Assembly: GCA_031256035.1 (NCBI GenBank)
Contig: JAIRRJ010000038.1
Span: 13,059-37,058, forward strand
Source: Treponema sp.
GTDB taxonomy: Bacteria > Spirochaetota > Spirochaetia > Treponematales > Breznakiellaceae
DNA: 24,000 nucleotides
Direction of reading: 5' to 3'
Of this stretch, positions 19,686 to 24,000 are shown one piece after another. The position numbers and the translations under genes were made by a program. Numbering within the stretch: position 1 is the first letter of the stretch; every line of letters starts with the position of its first letter. A model generated the notes under the pieces. The model was not told the DNA's origin. It saw only the letters and a list, made by a program, of their open reading frames with translations, and did no database searches.

Positions 19686-21404
19686 ATGGCTGACATTTTT
19701 CATGGCGATGGTTCTCTAAATCAGCTTGTCTCCAAGATGAGTTCACAGGAAAGACATGAGCTGCTGGAAAAGCTGAAAGTCCAGACAGTTTTTTCCGAGA
19801 CTCATTATGAAACCGCAGATGACAGGGTAAAATCCGTAATTCAGGATGAAGATTACGCGCAACTGCCGTTGTTTACCCGCTTTTTTCTTTTTCTGACAGG
19901 TCTCTTCAAAGGCAAGCCTGCCCCAAAAGTTTTTGAAGAAAAGAAATTTGACAAATTAGGCAAGAAAACACAGTCCGCCGCGCCCAAACTTTTCAATTAT
20001 GAAAAGAAGCTTCTACTCTACGGATTCTACAGCATGGCGGAAAAACTAAAAGAGGCTGCGCGCACTTTCTATGCGGCGCTTGATTCCAGCGTGAACAGGG
20101 ACAAGGGCAGTTTTTACGCCTTCCTGGGTTCTTTGGAAATGCCGGAATTTCACCTAAAGCTGGAAACCGTTGCGTCTCTGCAGATTATTCATGAAACGAA
20201 CCCAAATGGCAAAGAATCAGATATACATTCTACGCTCACAAGGAGTATGGATGATGTCTTCAAGAATATTTCTGAAACTCAAAAAAATAAAATGTACTTT
20301 AATGTGCGGACTCTCACCAGTCTGAAGGAACTTTCATCTTTTTCGTTTGATCATCTGCTGATGTCTTTTGGAACTGACCGCGGCGTCAAGACATGCCTTG
20401 TAAACAAGGTTAAGGCGATGCTGATTACCCTCAACAATGTTTTATTCTCACTCAAGGAACTTCCAAGCCTGTCCCTTATGCAGTCGCTTTTTGTTTTTAT
20501 GCTTCACGAAAAGAAAAGCGCGCCGGAAGGTTTTGACATGGATCGTGAAATACGGACTCTTCTTGCTTCTGCGGAAGAAGCCGTTGAGACGATCAAACAG
20601 TTTCACAAGAAAGTTCCCCTTACGCAGATTCTCCGCTGTGTCTGCCGGGACATGACCATTGAGCCTCGGCAAACCTCAGGTGGCGAGGACTGGTTTTTTG
20701 CCTACCGCGACCATTGGAAGCACCGGCTTGAGTCCGCGTTTTCGGATTTTATCCGGCAGCGCAAGCAGCGGGAAATATCCGAATTGTTTGATTATTTTTT
20801 CAAAGATGTCGGGCTGAAAGTTTTAGCTAACGCGGCCTCTGATGTCAATCCTAACGGTTTTCCTCTGCCCGAAGCTTTTGCCCTTGCTTTTCTGCAAACT
20901 TTCTATTCGGCGTTTTTTGTGAAAGCCGTTGAAACCCTGATACAGCCCATCCTGTTTGAGGGCGTATTTGTCAGGCATGAAAACCGGGACGAATTCACCG
21001 GCGCTTTCAGCGACTTTATGAGAATCGAAGAAGTCATCGGTGCAATGGACAGGAAAATCGCGCCTTACGGCGAATACGGAATGCACTATGAAGAGGCAAA
21101 AAGAGGCGATAAAAACATTCAGCCTGCCAGAATGAAGAAGATGCGTACTGTAGCCGAAGAAGCATCATGGGAGGCGAAAAGTATTATTACCCGTGCTATC
21201 ACTTCGTTGACTTCGATGGTCAATGTGTTTGGAGGCATTCTGCGAAAGAATTCAGGAGATAAATACGAAACCCTTTCCAATCTGGAAAAACTCGGCAGCA
21301 AAAAACCGGAAGCCTTTGTCGCCGGTCTTGCAGACACGCACGAAAAATTACAGAGGGTCTTGCAGGTATTGAAAGACCTTGAAGCCACCGGACACAGCCG
21401 TTAA
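19686..21404 (+). CDS. Large conserved spirochaete-type protein of unknown function (possibly DUF5312)
   Basis: 572 aa uninterrupted soluble-looking ORF; family assignment is from memory and uncertain. Confidence 0.6.
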   Translation: MADIFHGDGSLNQLVSKMSSQERHELLEKLKVQTVFSETHYETADDRVKSVIQDEDYAQLPLFTRFFLFLTGLFKGKPAPKVFEEKKFDKLGKKTQSAAPKLFNYEKKLLLYGFYSMAEKLKEAARTFYAALDSSVNRDKGSFYAFLGSLEMPEFHLKLETVASLQIIHETNPNGKESDIHSTLTRSMDDVFKNISETQKNKMYFNVRTLTSLKELSSFSFDHLLMSFGTDRGVKTCLVNKVKAMLITLNNVLFSLKELPSLSLMQSLFVFMLHEKKSAPEGFDMDREIRTLLASAEEAVETIKQFHKKVPLTQILRCVCRDMTIEPRQTSGGEDWFFAYRDHWKHRLESAFSDFIRQRKQREISELFDYFFKDVGLKVLANAASDVNPNGFPLPEAFALAFLQTFYSAFFVKAVETLIQPILFEGVFVRHENRDEFTGAFSDFMRIEEVIGAMDRKIAPYGEYGMHYEEAKRGDKNIQPARMKKMRTVAEEASWEAKSIITRAITSLTSMVNVFGGILRKNSGDKYETLSNLEKLGSKKPEAFVAGLADTHEKLQRVLQVLKDLEATGHSR

Positions 21405-21418
21405 AAAAGTGCAGGCGT

Positions 21419-21883
21419 TTATACCTCAAACAACAGCACTGTATGGCTCAAAGATTTCTTGAAAGATAAATCTCCCAATCTGTCTCTGTTCCAGATAAAT
21501 TCACAATCCAGCCTTCCTTCAAATATGGAGTGCATTCGCATCACCTCTTCATTGACCAATTCATGATGGTCTCTGAACCACACCGGGTCCATATCCTGCC
21601 CGCCGATTATTCTGATAAAATTATTTCTCAAAGAATCAGGGAACGTTTTTTTTGCGTTCAATACGCACCAAAGACGCATGTCAGGATTTTCGCCGGATAC
21701 CAAAAGTACGTTGCCTACAATTTGGACTGCCCTGCCCCAGCCGGCATCTTCCAGTTTTTGTTTAAAGAGTTTTTCAAATCGTTCATATCCGCACACGGGC
21801 ACTATCTTCTCCAAATCCCGTATGTACACGGCAAAGATTTTTAAGCCTATATTATAAGCGACTACAATAGCCCTGACTTCCAT
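21419..21883 (-). CDS. Hypothetical protein
   Basis: 154 aa ORF converging with 19686..21404; non-repetitive, globular composition. Confidence 0.6.
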   Translation of the reverse strand: MEVRAIVVAYNIGLKIFAVYIRDLEKIVPVCGYERFEKLFKQKLEDAGWGRAVQIVGNVLLVSGENPDMRLWCVLNAKKTFPDSLRNNFIRIIGGQDMDPVWFRDHHELVNEEVMRMHSIFEGRLDCEFIWNRDRLGDLSFKKSLSHTVLLFEV

Positions 21884-21983
21884 TAATTATAACCTTTACT
21901 TAGCATATACCGAGTTGACAAAAAAGTCATCCGTATTTTGTTAATCCTTGCCCCCGTCTGCCGGGTATGGTAAACTGTCTTGT

Positions 21984-23522
21984 ATGAAAAGGACAACGGT
22001 ATTGATAATGGGAATTTGCTTAACTGCTGCATGTTGCATATTGAACTGCAGCTCTGTTGCTGATGACAATTCCGTGCCAATAGAAAACCACTTCAATGTA
22101 ATCGGAACAAAAATTTACGCCCCTGACGGCAATGAGTTTTTAATCAAAGGCGTCAATGTAAACGGCCCCGGCTGGGTCTTCCCAAGGGACACTCTTCAGG
22201 ACATAACATTGATAACCGATGTATGGCAGTTCAATACAGTCAGAATCTGCGCCGCTATCGGCTGGAATTGGGCGTTAAACAACAATAAAGACCTTGATTC
22301 CATAATCAAAGCGTTCACTGAAAAAGGCGTTGTTTCCATACTTGAGGTGCATGATTACACAGGCATTTATCCGCCTGTCATTGCGAATGAACGATATGAA
22401 ATGAATGGTTCTTATGTGGTCAAACGTTTGCCTTCAAGGACCGAGTTAAAAAAATGGTGGGTGGACAAAGCCAACCGTTTCAAAAATAATCCGTATGTGT
22501 GGTTTAACATAATGAATGAGCCGGGTTCTGACAATACCAAAAAGTCAGCCGAACTTTGGTCGGAAATACACGGTGGTATAATCAAGGCTATACGCGATGC
22601 AGGCGCTCACAACATAATTGTACTGGATGACCACGGCTGGGGACAGGGAAGCGGTTATTACGGCGGGGCATCGTCCTATGACAGCGCAATTATCAGAATG
22701 GGTCCAGAGCTTAACAAAAAATATTATAATCTTGTTTATTCGTTACATACGTACGACGCATGGAGAGACGGACTGTCCAGATTCAATCAATACTTTAAGG
22801 ATGCGTACGGCAAGGGGTTATGTATAATACTCGGCGAGTTCGGCGCAGGCAAAGATAACCTGTCGCAATTAAACGCTGTTAAAAATATGTATGATTCAGC
22901 GATCCCGGAAAACATCGGCAGAATGTACTGGGCATGGGATGATGCAGGTTTGCAGCTTACCGAAGACGGCTGCGGATGGCAGATTGACAAGCAAAACGGT
23001 GAAAAGCCGGGTAATCTTACATGGGCGGGAGAAATGGTATGGCTTGACAACCGTGGACTGTTGACTTCTCCGGTACCTGATTACAATCTTGATTTGCCGC
23101 CTTTTACAAACTCCGATTTTGAGAACGGTTTCCCCGGCGGCTGGTCGGATTGGGGAGGGAGTTCAATACAGGATGGCGTATCATATAACGGCTCGAAGGC
23201 TCTGGTGATAAGCAAAGGCGCGCCGGGCGGCGGCGGTTTTTCGGTGGAATTAAAACCTTCTACCGCATATCAGTTCAGCGCATGGGGTAAAAACAGCGCG
23301 CAAACAAATTCTTCCACCGATGTGGGTATTAAGTACAGATCAAGTCCCAATGCTCAACAGGAACAGCATCATTTTGTTTCCTTTAAAGGAAGTACATGGG
23401 AACAAAAATCCGTCATGTTCACCACCCCCGCCGCAATTTACGGCGCTACGTTTTTTCTGTGGAAACCGGATGCCGGTGTCGCGTTTTACGTTGATGATTT
23501 GGAGCTTATTACAGCCCCCTGA
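21984..23522 (+). CDS. GH5-family glycoside hydrolase (endoglucanase-like) lipoprotein with C-terminal CBM-like domain
   Basis: Start at 21984 gives MKRTTVLIMGICLTAACCILNCSS; NIMNEPG acid/base and IILGEFGAG nucleophile motifs; FENGFPGGWSDWGG... CBM4_9-like tail. Confidence 0.88.
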   Translation: MKRTTVLIMGICLTAACCILNCSSVADDNSVPIENHFNVIGTKIYAPDGNEFLIKGVNVNGPGWVFPRDTLQDITLITDVWQFNTVRICAAIGWNWALNNNKDLDSIIKAFTEKGVVSILEVHDYTGIYPPVIANERYEMNGSYVVKRLPSRTELKKWWVDKANRFKNNPYVWFNIMNEPGSDNTKKSAELWSEIHGGIIKAIRDAGAHNIIVLDDHGWGQGSGYYGGASSYDSAIIRMGPELNKKYYNLVYSLHTYDAWRDGLSRFNQYFKDAYGKGLCIILGEFGAGKDNLSQLNAVKNMYDSAIPENIGRMYWAWDDAGLQLTEDGCGWQIDKQNGEKPGNLTWAGEMVWLDNRGLLTSPVPDYNLDLPPFTNSDFENGFPGGWSDWGGSSIQDGVSYNGSKALVISKGAPGGGGFSVELKPSTAYQFSAWGKNSAQTNSSTDVGIKYRSSPNAQQEQHHFVSFKGSTWEQKSVMFTTPAAIYGATFFLWKPDAGVAFYVDDLELITAP

Positions 23523-23659
23523 CACCAGTAATGGTAATGAAAAATGCGGCATACTGCCGCCTGCCCCGCTGGGCTTATTAGCCGGGAAACTGTCGTGAAG
23601 ACTGGCAGCAATTTATGCGGTACATTGACATAAACCACAAAAATAGGTAGAGTATTAAC

Positions 23660-24000
23660 ATGAGTATATCTTCAAAATCCATCGCTTCCCGCCCGGTAAT
23701 TGCCCTCTGCATAGGTCTGGCTCTGGGCATGATTTTCGGCTTTTTATTCCCTTTCCTCGTTTCCTCCCGTTCCGAACAAGTTGTTTCCCACGAGGAGTTA
23801 AGGGCTTTTTCCATGGTTGAAGAAGCCATGCGCGCCGCCTCCATGAACAAAACAGAAGACCCGGAGGCCTCTTATGTAACTCTTCCGGGGATACAGAAAT
23901 ACGACGGCCCCCGGCTGGCGGCATCCATGCCCATTGAAACAAAAGAGGCATGGATATCCTGGATGAAGAAAAACCGGAACGATGATCCGCTTTTTCTGGA
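23660..24000 (+). CDS. Hypothetical protein with N-terminal transmembrane segment (partial, runs off right edge)
   Basis: Open frame from ATG 23660: MSISSKSIASRPVIALCIGLALGMIFGFLFPFLVSS... Confidence 0.55.
   Translation, partial: MSISSKSIASRPVIALCIGLALGMIFGFLFPFLVSSRSEQVVSHEELRAFSMVEEAMRAASMNKTEDPEASYVTLPGIQKYDGPRLAASMPIETKEAWISWMKKNRNDDPLFL

Noticed and set aside
22639-22648. ggggacaggg in the GH5 gene as a dispersed motif copy
   Set aside because: Only the first eight bases match and the AGAGCT half is missing; likely coincidental.
23546-23560. GCGGCA-TAC-TGCCGC hairpin after the GH5 gene as a terminator
   Set aside because: Short stem, tight loop and no following T-run.

Overview
The window is probably from a spirochaete (Treponema-like) chromosome. 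It carries, roughly left to right: a minus-strand restriction-associated block (DUF1016/YhcG-type nuclease running off the left edge, RhuM-like protein, hsdM) directly abutting a tRNA-Thr(CGT); DUF1905 protein, galactokinase, a CDP-alcohol phosphatidyltransferase, a NUDIX hydrolase, two envelope/lipoprotein genes, a YdbC/PC4-like ssDNA-binding protein, a Gfo/Idh/MocA oxidoreductase, groEL with a clear terminator, a REP-associated (Y1/IS200-like) tyrosine transposase (RAYT), murJ, cysK, metY, an MFS transporter, a spirochaete-type large protein of unknown function and a GH5 lipoprotein. The strongest unexplained signal is a short dispersed repeat, GGGGACAGAGCT (intergenic extended form TTGGGGACAGAGCTNAAAAA). 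It occurs 19 times exactly, plus about 7 single-mismatch copies, between 4.6 and 17.8 kb. Copies lie on both strands, usually in pairs in intergenic gaps, and inside conserved genes in all six reading frames. I found no exact copy in 1-4.6 kb or 17.8-24 kb. An inverted pair with 18-bp arms sits just upstream of the RAYT gene. A motif-bearing 39-bp spaced, diverged tandem duplication appears to expand a conserved loop of cysK. I interpret this as a candidate REP/HIP1/DNA-uptake-like repeat family, possibly RAYT-linked; that interpretation is inference.
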